A stretch of 64,000 nucleotides of DNA from Eledone cirrhosa (Eukaryota): NCBI GenBank assembly GCA_964016885.1, contig OZ024741.1:16306001-16370000 (forward strand), given 5' to 3'. A program made the position numbers and the translations under genes. The notes beneath the pieces were generated by a model. That model worked only from the letters and a program-made list of their open reading frames with translations. It made no database searches and had not been told where the DNA came from. Of the stretch, positions 42,516-56,911 are shown in pieces. Each line of letters opens with the position of its first letter. The first letter of the stretch is position 1.

Positions 42516-43408
42516 AGTTAAGATCATCGGGCTAATTTAATGTTAATATTACTTTAAAATAATTATTTCAATAGTTATAATATATTATTTTTGTTTCTTT
42601 TAAATTTAGTTTCTGATCAAATATAATATTTATATATGTATATAAATTTTTATGTACAAATATATATATATATTATATATGTGGGTATAAAAATCTGTGT
42701 GTGTAAGTGAGTATGTATATATGTGTGTGTAAGTGAGTATGTATATATATGTGTGTGCGTGTATGTATGTGTGTATATATATATATATATATTATGTCAG
42801 GTCACCAGTTGGTGCTACTGGTAACATGTATCCCAGTACAACCTGTCTCATTGTCGGGTCGTTGGCGACTAAACTGGCAACCCCACCAAGGTTTCTTGGT
42901 GAGGAGGGTGACTTTGGACATCCTGCAGGACTAAAAACAAAACCTGTCAAAGGGCAAAGGAGCTCTTAAGAGTCAATGGCCATCCAAAATCACCGGGAGA
43001 GATGACCCCTTAGCCTTTGTCAAGGCAGAATTCTAGGAGAAGGAAAACTCTGATATAACATCTGCAACTCTGATAGTATCCAATGATGTTGACTTGTTAT
43101 TCTTTTTGGTAAATATCATTTTGGTTAAGAGAGTGGGACTGGCTTTGTGCAGTGCCTTTGTTCACTATAAAAGCTTCACGGCACAGGCATTGCTTTATAT
43201 CTGGAGATCTCTCTGCACTTGTCGTTACATGGTACCATGGGCCCAGCACTATGTGTCAATAATTGTCACAAGTGTAGTGTTTGTACCAGAGTTTTCAAGT
43301 CGCTGACTGGACTAAAAAGTCACACTCGTTCAGAGCATCGGTGAGGGTTCTCCTACGTGGATATAAAGTAGTGGCCGTACTCGAAAACGAGTTGGCAGCC
43401 ACCATATT

Positions 43409-43439
<31 letters not shown>

Positions 43440-43582
43440 AAAGATATTTTCTTATTTTACGTCCTTTATATTATTGTTCTGCATTCTCCTGCATTGAACC
43501 ACCTAGGTACTATGACATAACCTGTGTATTTGCTAGCCTGGGCGTGCATCTGTGCGCTTATGTTAGTTGATATATTAAATTA

Positions 43583-44087
<505 letters not shown>

Positions 44088-44278
44088 CATTCTATAGCAA
44101 ATGAAGGGTGTATAAGGTGTATAGCATATATATATATATAGAGAGAGAGAGAGAGGGGTAGAACACTGGAAGGTAACATCTGTAGTGGTAGAGCACTCAG
44201 TCCAAGGGACGAGTTTGGTAGAAGTAGTAACACAACAGTTCACCATACCGAGAACAATTGTTTCACCTTCTGCGGATC

Positions 44279-44319
44279 CCGAGCTGAAGATCCGAATAAG
44301 GTGAAACAATTGTTCTCGG
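44279..44319 (+). ncRNA. Minimal type I HHR preceded by an inverted copy of its own 3' half (44237-44269)
   Basis: CCGAG-CTGAAGA-TCC GAATAA GGT-GAA-ACAATTGT-T^-CTCGG. Confidence 0.75.
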
Positions 44320-44334
44320 TATGTTGAACTATCA

Positions 44335-44863
44335 TATCATCATCATCACTGTTTACGTCCGTTCTTCCACGCTAGCATGGGTTAGATGGGTTGTCCTGTT
44401 GTGGGCAGTGTCCGATCGGCTGACCATGCCTTGCTCATATGGGAACAGATTCTGGCTTGATTTCTACAGCTGGATGCCCTTCCTAACACCAACCTCATTT
44501 ACAGTGAGTGTTGGGTGTTTTTTTTCATGGCGCCTACATGTCCACTTTACAGTGTGGGCTGGGTGCTTGTTTTCCATGGCACCTCCACGACCACTTTGCA
44601 GTGGAAGGGTGTGGGGGCATATTGTCTATATGCTTCAGCTTCGGCTTGTACCCGTGGGGGGGGGGGGGTCTTCTGTATTACTGCGTGACGCCAGAGGTCA
44701 CGGTCATGTGTCATCGCCTTTGAGAGGTGTAATTGGGTAAGGTCGGCTTTTATCACCTCATCCCAGGTCTTCTTGGGTTTCCCCACTCCGCAATTTCCAT
44801 CACATTCTAGTGCTCTGCACCTTTTTATGCAGCTGTCATCCTTCATACACATCACATGTCCAT
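44335..44863 (-). mobile_element. 3' fragment of the same RTE family as 19181-22187 (duplicate at 48523-49050)
   Basis: MKDDSCIKRCRALE..KKTWDEVIKADL, matching 3' UTR and (GAT)n tail. Confidence 0.9.
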
Positions 44864-47199
44864 ATATATATATATGTGTGTGTGTGTGTGAAACATCCCG
44901 TAATGGTTTATCAAAAAATATCTGAAGATAGATTTGTCAATTGAAATGTTTATAATGTCTTTACTACCAGACAGACAAATTTACAGTATTAAAGTAAAGA
45001 CTTCAATTTTTAAATTTAAAATAGCTATATTATTTATACATAAAATTATTTTCAACTATATGTGTAATATGGATTATGGTAAGTTCTGTTTTATAATCCA
45101 GTTTATAAAATTATGCCTTCTTATATTTTACTCATAAAATTTTTTGTACAATCATGAAGTAGGTTTGATAAATTACAGAATGTTTAATAGAAGGGATGTA
45201 TGATGGCGAGGTGGTGAGGGGTGTTACAATCGATACAATGGATATTACCTCTTACAACTGTATTTATGTTGTTGATCCCCCCAGAAGGATGTAATTCAAA
45301 GATGATTTCAGTTCTATCTGAACCCACATTACAAATCTTCCAAGTCATTTTCCTTGTCAATCTATTGATTCTGGCATCCACTCTCATTTCGTATTTATTC
45401 CGTGTTTACATGAAATCTTCCCAAACAGGAAAGGGCTTTAGGAAGCTTAGTTTCATATTTGTGGGATAGTAAAGAATTTTATAAGGTTGTGTGTAGTGTT
45501 AGGGCAATTCAAAGAAGGTTTCTGGCAGGAGTTGGAGCCGCAATATACCTCTGAATTTTGATAGTGAACGATAAAAAAAATAATGCGTAGTAATGTAAGT
45601 TTCTAAGGGAAGTTACTCTGGTTCTTATAACAAGAATTATCTCCCATGTAAAAAAACCCAAAGATTTAGACTCTAATAAATTTCTTCCTATTTATTTTGT
45701 AACGTATGAGATTTCTAGTGATGTACTTTTTTGTAAAGTGTAATTCTTTTTTTTTTTTTTTATGTTAAGGAAATTTGATTGTCGCACAAATGCTACTATT
45801 TAAAATAAATTTTCGCCGGAGATAGATTAGCAAAATTTATAGGAGCAGTGGGTTGTGGAAAAAGCTGAAAAATTAATAAACGGTGGGGAGCATTATTCGA
45901 GACCCGAGAGTATTTTATTTTATTCTATTTATTTTTATTCTATTTATTTTTATTTTATTTTATTTTATTTTATTTTATTTTATTTTATTTTATTTTATTT
46001 GTTGTTGTTATAAACACCATTCATTTGCCCCAGTAAATGAAAACATTAACAAATGAGATTATAATCCAGGCTCTGCTGTACTTCCGGCTGAAGAAGGTAA
46101 ACTCTCCAAATATCGGTCGTTCTCCGACAGGTTTGCGGCCGAGCCCGTAGCAGTGGAGACTTCTGGTGTCCTTGGCCCTAGGACCACCTTCGGCACGGAG
46201 TTGGCTGCCGGCAGGTCTGAGCCTCGCGAGCAAAAATGTCTCTTCCAACGTGTCTCCCTCGCCATTCTCTTGGGAAACGACATATCTAGCCTGTCCGCTG
46301 GGACCGCGAGGCGGCCAGCGTGTGAGCCCCGTTTGCTTATAATAATGAGAGATGGGGAAAGTGAGAAAGACAGAGGTAGTGGTTATGCCAGCATTGCTGA
46401 TGTATTTTGTAGAGTTAAAGGTTAAGTGATTTTACTATGTATGTGTAGGGCCATCCCAGTATGCTTGTATGTACTATGGGTCAGTATACATTAACACAAT
46501 ACAATAAATGTATCCAAAGAAAGATAGAAAGATAGAAAGAGAGAGAGAAGTGAGTAAGAGCGATAGAGGAAGAATGGATCCCAGTACTTGATTGGTACAT
46601 TTTTATCGACCACGAAATGAAGAAAAGTAAAGTTGAGGTCGGTGGGATTTTAACTGAGAGAGTTGGAATGAATAATGCAAAGAATTCTATCTGACTTTAA
46701 TAAATTACTTTGAGACCCCTCGCAGTACTACTTTTCTCAACCCCAGAAGTCCGTGCTAAGGGGATTGTATGAAAAAAAGAACACTTAAAAAATCAAGTTA
46801 AATAGCCACACAAAAGCCTCACTCAGATAAAGCGATGATAAAAGATATGAGTTTCGTTTTACATCCATTATTCTATATTTCCGTGGGTTGGACAAAGCCA
46901 GTGATTTATCCTGGTTTTAAATGCCTTAAGCGATTGAAAGACGGACTACCTCCTGAGAACTAAGCACTATAAACAAATTATGGGACATGTGATATAACAA
47001 TTGAATTATCTCCCTTGCAGCGGGAAATGACATTCTGTATACAAAAATTTGGCGCGCAACACCTTATTTTGAGGTGATAAAGAGGTGAGGAAAACATTTA
47101 TAAGGAATGATTTTATTAAAAGCAATGATTTTATTTCGAATGACTTCCATTGTTGTATTTAAAAGGATATGATACATAAAAAGGGTTTATAAAAAAATT

Positions 47200-47272
47200 C
47201 GCCCAACGTGGGGCTCGAACCCACGACCCCGAGATTAAGAGTCTCGTGCTCTACCGACTGAGCTAGCCAGGC
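47200..47272 (-). tRNA. trnK-CTT: tRNA-Lys (CTT), duplicate copy
   Basis: Identical to 42443-42515. Confidence 0.96.
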
Positions 47273-47538
47273 AGTTAAGATTATCGGGCTAATTTAATAT
47301 TAATATTACTTTTAAATAATTATTTCAATAGTTATAATATATTATTTTTGTTTCTTTTAAATTTAGTTTCTGATCAAATATAATATTTATATATGTATAT
47401 AAATTTTTATGTACAAATATATATATATATTATATATGTGGGTATAAAAATGTGTGTGTGTAAGTGAGTATGTATATATGTGTGTGTAAGTGAGTATGTA
47501 TATATATGTGTGTGCGTGTATGTATGTGTGTATATATA

Positions 47539-47589
<51 letters not shown>

Positions 47590-47632
47590 CGTTTCTGAAT
47601 TATTGGCATTGTGACCCTCCCAAAGCATAACA

Positions 47633-47663
<31 letters not shown>

Positions 47664-47768
47664 TACATACACGCACACACTGTGTATAAAAATTGATGTG
47701 TGTGTAAGTGAGTATGTATATATGTGTGTGCGTGTATGTATGTGTGTATATATATATATCTATAGACA

Positions 47769-47817
<49 letters not shown>

Positions 47818-47821
<4 letters not shown>

Positions 47822-48290
47822 TCATCATCATCAGGTTTAGCGTCCGTGTTCCACGCTTGCATGGGTTTGGACGGGGGTTTTCCCACTTGAGGCAAGAGTG
47901 GTTGTCTTGCTCGCATAGGACTGTCTGGCGGGTTTTCTACAGTTGGATGCCCTTCCTAACACCAACCACATTTACAGTGTGGGGCTGGGAGGTTTTTACC
48001 GTGTTGCCTACACGGCCACATTACAGCGTGGACTGTCTGGCGGGTTTTCTACAGCTGGATGCCCTTCCTAACACCAACCACATTTACAGTGTGGGGCTGG
48101 GAGGTTTTTACCGTGTTGCCTACACGGCCACATTACAGCGTGGACTGTCTGGCGGGTTTTCTACAGCTGGATGCCCTTCCTAACACCAACCACATTTACA
48201 GTGTGGGGCTGGGAGGTTTTTACCGTGTTGCCTACACGGCCACATTTACAGCGTGGACTGTGTGTTTTTTTTTGTCGTGACACCTACACG
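47818..48290 (-). mobile_element. RTE-type 3' UTR fragment with three tandem 112-bp units
   Basis: Units start at 47918, 48030, 48142 and contain GGATGCCCTTCCTAACACCAAC; (GAT)n tail. Confidence 0.8.
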
Positions 48291-48466
48291 ATCTCATTTA
48301 TAAGGTGTATAGCATATATATATAGAGAGAGAGAGAGAGAGAGGGGTAGAACATTGGAAGGTAACATCTGTAGTGGTAGAGCACTCAGTCCAAGGGACGA
48401 GTTTGGTAGAAGTAGTAACACAACAGTTCACCATACCGAGAACAATTGTTTCACCTTCTGCGGATC

Positions 48467-48507
48467 CCGAGCTGAAGATCCGAATAAGGTGAAACAATTG
48501 TTCTCGG
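48467..48507 (+). ncRNA. Minimal type I HHR, duplicate of 44279-44319
   Basis: Identical motif in duplication copy 2. Confidence 0.75.
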
Positions 48508-49882
48508 TATGGTGAACTAACATATCATCATCATCACTGTTTATGTCCGTTCTTCCACGCTAGCATGGGTTAGATGGGTTGTCCTGTTGTGGGCAGTGTC
48601 CGATCGGCTGACCATGCCTTGCTTATATGGGAACAGATTCTGGCTTGATTTCTACAGCTGGATGCCCTTCCTAACACCAACCTCATTTACAGTGAGTGTT
48701 GGGTGTTTTTTTTCATGGCGCCTACATGTCCACTTTACAGTGTGGGCTGGGTGCTTGTTTTCCATGGCACCTTCACGACCACTTTGCAGTGGGAGGGTGT
48801 GGGGGCATATTGTCTATATGCTTCAGCTTCGGCTTGTACCTGTGGGGGGGTCAGGTCTTCTGTATTACTGCGTGACGCCAGAGGTCACGGTCATGTGTCA
48901 TCGCCTTTGAGAGGTGTAATTGGGTAAGGTCGGCTTTTATCACCTCATCCCAGGTCTTCTAGGGTCTCCCCACTCTGCAGTTTCCATCACATTCTAGTGC
49001 TCTGCACCTTTTTATGCAGCTGTCATCCTTCATACACATCACATGTCCATATATATATATGTGTGTGTGTGTGAAACATCCCATAATGGTTTATCAAAAA
49101 ATATCTGAAGATAGATTTGTCAATTGAAATGTTTATAATGTCTTTACTACCAGACAGACAAATTTACAGTATTAAAGTAAAGACTTCAATTTTTCATATG
49201 ATGTAATCATAGTGATGTTTTGTACTTTTCATCTGGGACGCAACAAGCAGAATCACTTCCTGCAACAACAACAGCAACCTGTTGCATTTGGTGACCAAGG
49301 CAGATTTTGTTGCCCAACAAGCTGAAGATTTTAAGCTGTTGAAGTTTAGACTACTTTCTGATAGGTTTGTAGTTGAACTTAGAGCAGTGAAACTTCTGGC
49401 ATTCTTGGTCCCTGAACCACCTCCCTACTCACTGCTATTGAGGAAGTGTTGACAACCTACAGAAGTGAGCCCCATGAGTTAGAAAGGCTATTTCAATGTG
49501 TCTTCTTTGCTATCCTTCAGAGTCATCCTTTCTCCATTCTGTCCACTGGAACTGTGAAATTATGTGTACCTGGGGTTCTTTATGCCAGAGAATACTTTCC
49601 AGGTATATATCATTGTTCTTTTTTCAGGGACTATTTTGAAAAATAAGCCTCATTTGGTCATTCCATGAGAGTATTTTGGTCAGCCTATGAAGGACTGATG
49701 CTAGAGCTGTGAAATATTGAAAGCATTAATTTCAACTCTTCTTATTAATAACTGTATTGTTTCTTTCCAGAGACCATGTTGAAAAATAAATTCCATTTGA
49801 TCATTCCATGACAGTATCTCGGACAGCCTGTGAACCTTTCAGCCAACCCTTATATTTATGCTTACACACTTAATTTATTATA

Positions 49883-50990
49883 TACCAGGTTGAGTCAAAA
49901 GTTCTTTTTTTGTATTTCAAGCTTTAATTAATCATTCAAACAAATTACAAATGAAAAGTGTTTATTCACCAAAATATCCCATTATATTCTATTGTCTGTT
50001 GCCACTGTTGTGCCAGAAGCTCAATTCTATGCTTGTACCATTTGGATGGTTTACCGACACACACACCCCTGCACCTGTTTTTAACCTCATCCACATTGTT
50101 GAACCTCCATCCACACAGGAAATGAGCCATTGCTCAGAAAATGTGGTAATATGATGTTTGTGCAGTAGGCAGGGTGAGGTAGCGCTTCCAGCCCCTCAAG
50201 TGTGTGCTTAGTCATATTGGTAATGTGTGCTGGGCATTGTCATGCCGTATGAGTGTGCATCTTTTATTGACCAATGCCTGGTAGTGGGTTTCAAAGCATC
50301 ATATAACTGCTGCAGTTGTTAAACATAAAAGTCAGCTTTCACAGCATGATCATTAGGGACAAGCTCAAAGTGTAATACATCCTCAAAATTTCACCAAACA
50401 CAACATGACCTGGTATTCAAACTGCCCTTGATTGACAACAGGTTCTGAAGCCTGGCCAGAACCAAGCCACAGATTTCTCTTGTTAGGATTACAAAAATAT
50501 ACCCATTTTTCATCCCTAGTTCCAATTTGACACCAAAAACAGGCATCTTGAGGAATAGCCAGCTGTTGTTTGCAAATGTTCACACGTTGTTGAGACTGGT
50601 CATTAGTCAGTTCATGAGGAACTTCTCAACAGCATCTGTTCACAAGACAGAGCTTTTAGAGTGCTTTGTAAAGAACCAAATTCTGTCAATAATGTATGAG
50701 TGTTTGTGCTTGGCCATTGTTCAACCATTTCAAGCAAGGTCTCATCTTCCACAACAAAAAGTCTCCCTGACCTCAGTTTGTCTTCAAGACTGGTGTCACT
50801 GTCCTTAAAACGTCTGAACCAGTTTTGTGCCACACATTCATTGACAGTTCCTGGTCCTTCCACATCATTAATTTCTTTTGCCCCTGCCCTTGCAATCAGT
50901 TCTTTTTTCCACAGATAGCATAAAATGGCTCTAATTGCAATATTTTCACCACTCATTAACAAAGCTATAAAATAAAGACTAAACAATTAA
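49883..50990 (-). mobile_element. Decayed mariner transposon remnants
   Basis: IRAILCYLWKK..INDVEGPGTV..QNWFRRFK..LEDKLRSGR (mariner HTH); TRDEKWVYF. Confidence 0.8.
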
Positions 50991-51099
50991 TGTTTGTGAT
51001 ATATTGGTGCTCTGGGCTAAGGTCAGCTTTTTACTTGAGAAACATAATCATCATACATATTATTTATTATATATGTTATGATACTTGAACATAGTATGT

Positions 51100-51590
51100 T
51101 CTTCTTCTTCGCCCACTTATTCCTGGGGGGTTGTGGGGGAAGATTCCTCAAGCACACCTTCCAGCAGGTCCTGTCAGAAGCAACTGCCTCCATCTGATCT
51201 GGCTGGATCCCCCAAGTGAGACCATCCAAGCTCATGGGTGTTATCCCACTATCATCCTTAGGGTCTACACCTGGGTCTCGTACCTGTTGGTTTTGCCTGT
51301 AAAATCTGTCCAACGATTTGTTCCTGAGACAGTCTAACCCCATCCCTGTAATTTTGGACTGTGATCTCTCAATTTGGAAAAGTAGCGGCTCTACCTGGAG
51401 TGACTCTCTCATCTCTGAGCTATGCAGTTTATCGAGTAACGTTACTCCAAAAACCCGCTGAAGGAACCCCATTTTGGGTGCTTGTATTTGCGATCATATT
51501 CTTTCGGTCATTACCCAAGATTCATGACCATAGGTAAGGGTTGGCACGGATACCGAATTGAAGATGGCAAGTTTGGCTTTTACATCTACC
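51100..51590 (-). mobile_element. RTE (Expander-like) 3' fragment
   Basis: MGFLQRVFGVTLLDK..MRESLQVEPLLFQIERSQ; (GAA)n tail. Confidence 0.8.
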
Positions 51591-52736
51591 TCCCTTCTTC
51601 TGATTACATTCAGTAGTATATGTTATATATGAAAATAAAGAACAAACAATTCAGCAACTATTGAACAAGTTGTATCAAATTAATGATATAAGTTTCCAAA
51701 TGTCATCGGTGAAAACCTGAAAAAACCTTTTGTCTCAGCCTAGTATGTCTCTTTTTATATTTTCCTCTTTCAAGTCACACATCACGTATCAATGGTTGTC
51801 CTCTATCAATTCCTACTTAACCATTTCTATACTAAACCACCTGAGACCACCCTTGGTTCTGCAATACTTTTAAAGTGTTTGTATTTATCTGAAAACCTTC
51901 CATTATAATTTTATGCAAGAACCTTTGTTAAGTTACACTCCAAACACCAACTTGATAATGAGAAAGTTAGTTATATTGCTAAATTCCCTCAAAATTCTTG
52001 ATTATTTTCAAAATTAATTGAAAAACATATTCAGCATTTTTCATTAGAAATCTTTTAACAAATGGATTAACTATCTCTCTAATCCAGACTCTGGAGACTT
52101 TTCATTCCAGGAACAATGTGTCTCATTTCTAATAACTGGTTCCCTATCTAGGTTAACTCTATAAATCCAAAATGTGTGGTCTATGTTGCCAACCACTGGG
52201 AATTGTAAGCCTTTTACATTCTCCTTGTCCCCTAACATAATGTAACTTCTATATAAATACACTTGGAAAGACCAGCATTAGTTTATCCAAGTCCATTTTG
52301 ATGCATTTGGAAAAACTGATAGCTGTCAGATAACTAGAAAAGTTCAACCAAAGCAGAGAGGCTTCTACAACCAGCCCTTTTATCAGACCATCCCACACAA
52401 TCCCAGCATTCATCTCAAATACTATTCCAATCTCCCATTAATACTAATGACTGAGATCTTGCTAGGAAAGTTTCCAGATGTTTGAAGAATATTAGCCATC
52501 CAGTCAGCCCCTGTCTGAACATATATAGTTACAAGCCATCATCTTTATTACTACTGTTCACTTCCAAGGTCCCTTTCATCATCATGGCTTGGCTTTAAGA
52601 CCTCCCTATTCTTATCCACAAAGATCATCCTTACCTGAAAAGACGAACCATTTGAAAACAACTCTGCCAATACAGTTGAGCAGGTCCAACTACAATACGT
52701 GTAAATCTTGTATTTACATAGACAGATTGTGAATGT

Positions 52737-52995
52737 GTCATCATCATCATCATCATCATTTTACGTCCGCTTTTCCCTGCTTGCAAGGGTGGGACGGGTC
52801 CTATTCAGCACAGCATCTCTCCACTTGTCATGGTCCTTTGTCATCTCCTCTGTGAGCTTCAGCAATCTAAGTTCTACTCTCACCACCTCTGCCCATGTTT
52901 TTCATGGTCTTCCTCTACTGCGTCTTCTTTCTACTGGCATTTCTTGGCACTTCTTTACCCAGCGGTCATCCTCCATGCGCATCACATGTCCATAC
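52737..52995 (-). mobile_element. RTE 3' fragment
   Basis: Reverse-complement homolog of 54745-55005 with (GAT)n tail. Confidence 0.85.
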
Positions 52996-54534
52996 TATCG
53001 CAGTGTATGGGTGAAAAATTGTAGGTCTCAATAATGGTTATTATTAATTCTAAGTTTAGTAGCCTGAGGTTATTCAACATGTGACCTTCAACATGTGACC
53101 TTCATTCTCAACATTGCTCTAGCTAAATTCTGCCCAACCAATTCACCCAAATACCTACTGAAAACACTTGGACTCTTCAAACCAATCTAGTGTTGGATTG
53201 TAAAAATCTATCTAACCCATACCAGTAAACAAACATAGAATGGTGATGATGTTCAGGGTGGGATTTAAACTTTGGGGGAGCGAGGGCCTCATACACAAAA
53301 AATTAGAATACACAGCAAATCCTCCATTTTTACATATCAAAATTAGCTTGGCACAAGTAATTGGAATTTATATAGACAAGTATTAAATTCAAAAATTCTA
53401 ACCATCTTAAAACTAAAAAGACCAGCTGAGGACACAAATAAATTTCTACGGCTGTCTCTAGTAGTCCACCCATTGCAGGGGGTTTGGAGCAGTTTCACAC
53501 TTTGCCTCCCATTAAATCTGGCCCTAATGATATTGATGACACACACAAGGAAACGAGACAATATTTAGAGATGTTAATGTCTTCTCCATCCAACCTTACT
53601 ATTAATGTAAAAAAATACTAACATTTTCTTTCAGATGAAGCATACCATACACAGGTGGGTTTTTTTTTCATTTATCATTCCACTGCCTCTGTATCATCTT
53701 TCATCCCAACAGATGACAACAACTGTCCATGAGTGAACCACTTGTTGTCATATGCCAAAGAAAGACACTGTCTAATTTTGAGGAATTTAGAGATATAATT
53801 AACTTTCTCATTATTAAGCTGGTGTTTAGAACGTAAAGGTTTTATATAAAATTATCATGGAATAAAAGAATTTTAGATAAATATATTTAAGTCTAAAGTG
53901 TATCTTAAGCCAGGAGCCTCATTTGGCCCGTACTTCTTCCAGTTTCGTGACGTGAAGCAACTGAGAATACAAGACTATTCCTGAACAGGACACCTGGCCG
54001 TCACAGAGTTAAAACCCCAGCTACTGCTGGTACTCATTTTCAGCTGAGTATACTGGAACAACATGAAATGAAGTGTTTTTCTCAAGAGCACAACGCGCAA
54101 CCCAGGACAGGAATCCAACACATGACATTATGATTGTAAGTCCAACAACCTTACCACCAGGCCATGTACCTCCACATAACATACTTGTAGAAATATAAAA
54201 TCTCTGTTGGAAAACAAAGTTTATTCTAAGAGAATGTTTCTAACAGAAGCCAATGGCAAGAAATTAGAGGGAGAGGCAACTGATTTAAATCAAACCTAGT
54301 ACATAGCTGGTACCTTCTTATTTTATCAACTTTGAAAGAATGAAATATAACTTTATCTTTCATTTTTTCAGAATTAACTTTAGTTAACCTTGGTGGGATT
54401 TAAACTAATAACATAAAGAACCATAACAAATACTGCAAGACATTTTGTCTGATTCTGCAAATCCACGTCCCTAAAAATAGTAAAAAATATTGCTTTCACT
54501 CACACATATATATATATATATATATTATATATAT

Positions 54535-55005
54535 GTTATATGATGCCTGTGTGAGATGTGCAATGCTGCATGGTAGTGAGACATGGGCAGCAACTGCAGA
54601 GGATATGCGATGGCTGGAGAGAAATGAAGCAAGCTTCGTTGGATGTGCAATGTCAATGTGCGTGAACGACCAAGCATAGATGTGTTGAGAGAGAAACTGG
54701 GTAAAAGAGGAATAAGTTGTGGTGTGCAGGAGAGAAGACTGAGATGGTATGGACATGTGATGCGCATGGAGGATGACCGATGGGTAAAGAAGTGCCAAGA
54801 AATCCCAGTAGAAGGAAGACACAGTAGAGGAAGACCACGAAAAACATGGGCGGAGGTGGTGAGAACAGACCTCAGATCGCTGAAACTCATGGAGGAGATG
54901 ACTAAGGACCATGACAAGTGGAGAGATGCTGTGCAGAATAGGACCCATCCTACCCTTGCAAGCAGAGAAAAGCGGATGTAAAATGATGATGATGATGATG
55001 ATGAT
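54535..55005 (+). mobile_element. RTE 3' fragment
   Basis: AMLHGSETW..RLRWYGHVMRM..RGRPRKTW; (GAT)n tail. Confidence 0.9.
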
Positions 55006-55647
55006 ATATATACATCCACACACACACATATATATACCCTCCCATACATCTCCCATGAGGACAGACTGAAGAATACATCTAGTGAAGCCTCCAGCCCACA
55101 CTGTAAAGTGGCCATGATGGCAACATGACAGAAAGCACCCAGTCCACACTATAGAGTGGTCATGTAGGTGTCATGACAAAAGCACCAAGCACTCACTGTA
55201 AATGAGATTGGCATTAAGAAGGGCATCCAGCTGTAGAAACCAAGCCAAAATCAGTTCTGAATGAGCATGACATGGTCACCTGACTTAGCATCGCTCACAA
55301 CAGGATAACTCATCTAACCCATGATAGCATGGAAAAGAGTGAACGTTAAATGGTGATGATGCTGATGATGATTTTATATATATATATATATAAACATAGG
55401 GTGGAGAGGACTTTTGAGTCCAGTAAGATAACCTCTCTATCTGCTGTCACAAATAATGCAACCAGTCCACACTGTAAAGTAGTTGGTGATAGGAAAGGCA
55501 TCCAGCTAGAAAAAAACTGCCAAAAATATGAACTTCATTCGTCATCATCATGTCCAACCCATGCAAGCGTGGAAAAACCAAGATGATGATGATACAAGGC
55601 TAAAACAGTGAATCTTGTTACTATGGAGTTTCGCCAACCCCTCAGTA

Positions 55648-55697
55648 TCTTGTCTGATGAGCCCGTGAGAAGCAGGTGAAACTCCAGAGTAACAAGA
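55648..55697 (+). ncRNA. Type I HHR preceded by an inverted copy of its 3' half (55611-55635)
   Basis: TCTTGT-CTGATGA-GCC..GGT-GAA-ACTC CA GAGT-A^-ACAAGA. Confidence 0.85.
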
Positions 55698-55804
55698 CTC
55701 ACTATTTAACCTTAATAAAATGAATATTTAAATTCTGCTTCGGTATTGAGTACTCTTTTCTCTCGGTTAGCTACCTACGAATCTATCTATCATACTCTGA
55801 ATCT

Positions 55805-56285
55805 ATCTACCATACTCTGAACGCCTTGCTTCCCTGGGCATGGATACATTGAAGCTCCGACGTCTGGCAACTGACTTGGTAAACACACACAAAATTATTA
55901 ACCATCTTGCCAACAACAACCCTGAGCACCTTTTTGATTTCCATCTCTCTAACACATGTGGGCATGCCAACAGAGTCAGAAAGCAGCACAGCTCCCATGA
56001 CTTTTCGAAACATTTTTTCACGCTCAGAGTTGCTGAAGCATGGAACAAACTACCTGCATCAGTTGTTAGCTGTCGAGACACTGCATCCTTTAAAACCTCT
56101 ATGCTTCCTGAAATTCACCAACGCTATGTCTGATATCTACCCTCCATACACACGCACACATGTATATCATGACTCATACACTGTTCATTTTCCTGACATT
56201 TGTACATTATTCTATGTACTATACACGCACCTTTTGATGAGTTGTAGTGCACCTGAGCACTGTACATAATAATTTCATTATTAAT
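55805..56285 (+). mobile_element. CR1/L2-group LINE 3' fragment
   Basis: ERLASLGMDTLKLRRLATDL..FFTLRVAEAWNKLP..SFK; short (ATT) tail. Confidence 0.8.
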
Positions 56286-56908
56286 ATTTGTGTGTATACG
56301 TATATAATCCTTAAGTATTTTTGAAGGCGCATATATATGACGTGATATATAAACTGCATAGTAATATTAGAAAACTTTGTAATTTCTTATTATATTAGAT
56401 TATTAAGACGTATATCCTTACGGAGTCGATAAAATAAAGTACCAGTAATGCACTGAGTATTTGCTGGCCTTGTGCCTAAAGTAGAAACAATTATTAAGAC
56501 GTATATCCCTGTGTCAGTACACACATATACAGTAGATGCGTTTCGTCGTTTCCGTTTTGTATTTACTTTTTAATATTTTGAACGTATTAGAAAAATAACA
56601 ACGAAATTCTTATGTTTATATATTATCAATAGTAGCAGTAAATTTCAGATGAAGGATTTACTGCAAATAGCAACTGACGAATTAGTTTTATTACTTTTTA
56701 AAGTTCAAATATCGAATCTTCACTTTCAATAATATATTTCGATGATGAAATAAGTTGGATAACACCCGGATTGAAAGGAGTGAATCTGAATTGTTACATC
56801 TTTTCTCATTGGTGGAAAGTATGTCAGGTGTCCAACAGCAGCCAATCGCTGACTTTCTATTCATGATTTGGTTCAGCCGGTGGCTTTAGTAGAAAACAGC
56901 CTGCCAAC

Positions 56909-56911
56909 ATG
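56909..56911 (+). CDS. NOP56: NOP56 coding exon 1 (ATG only)
   Basis: GCCAACATG|GTAAGT: strong start context and consensus donor, phase 0 matching exon 2; vertebrate NOP56 also has an ATG-only first coding exon. Confidence 0.75.
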
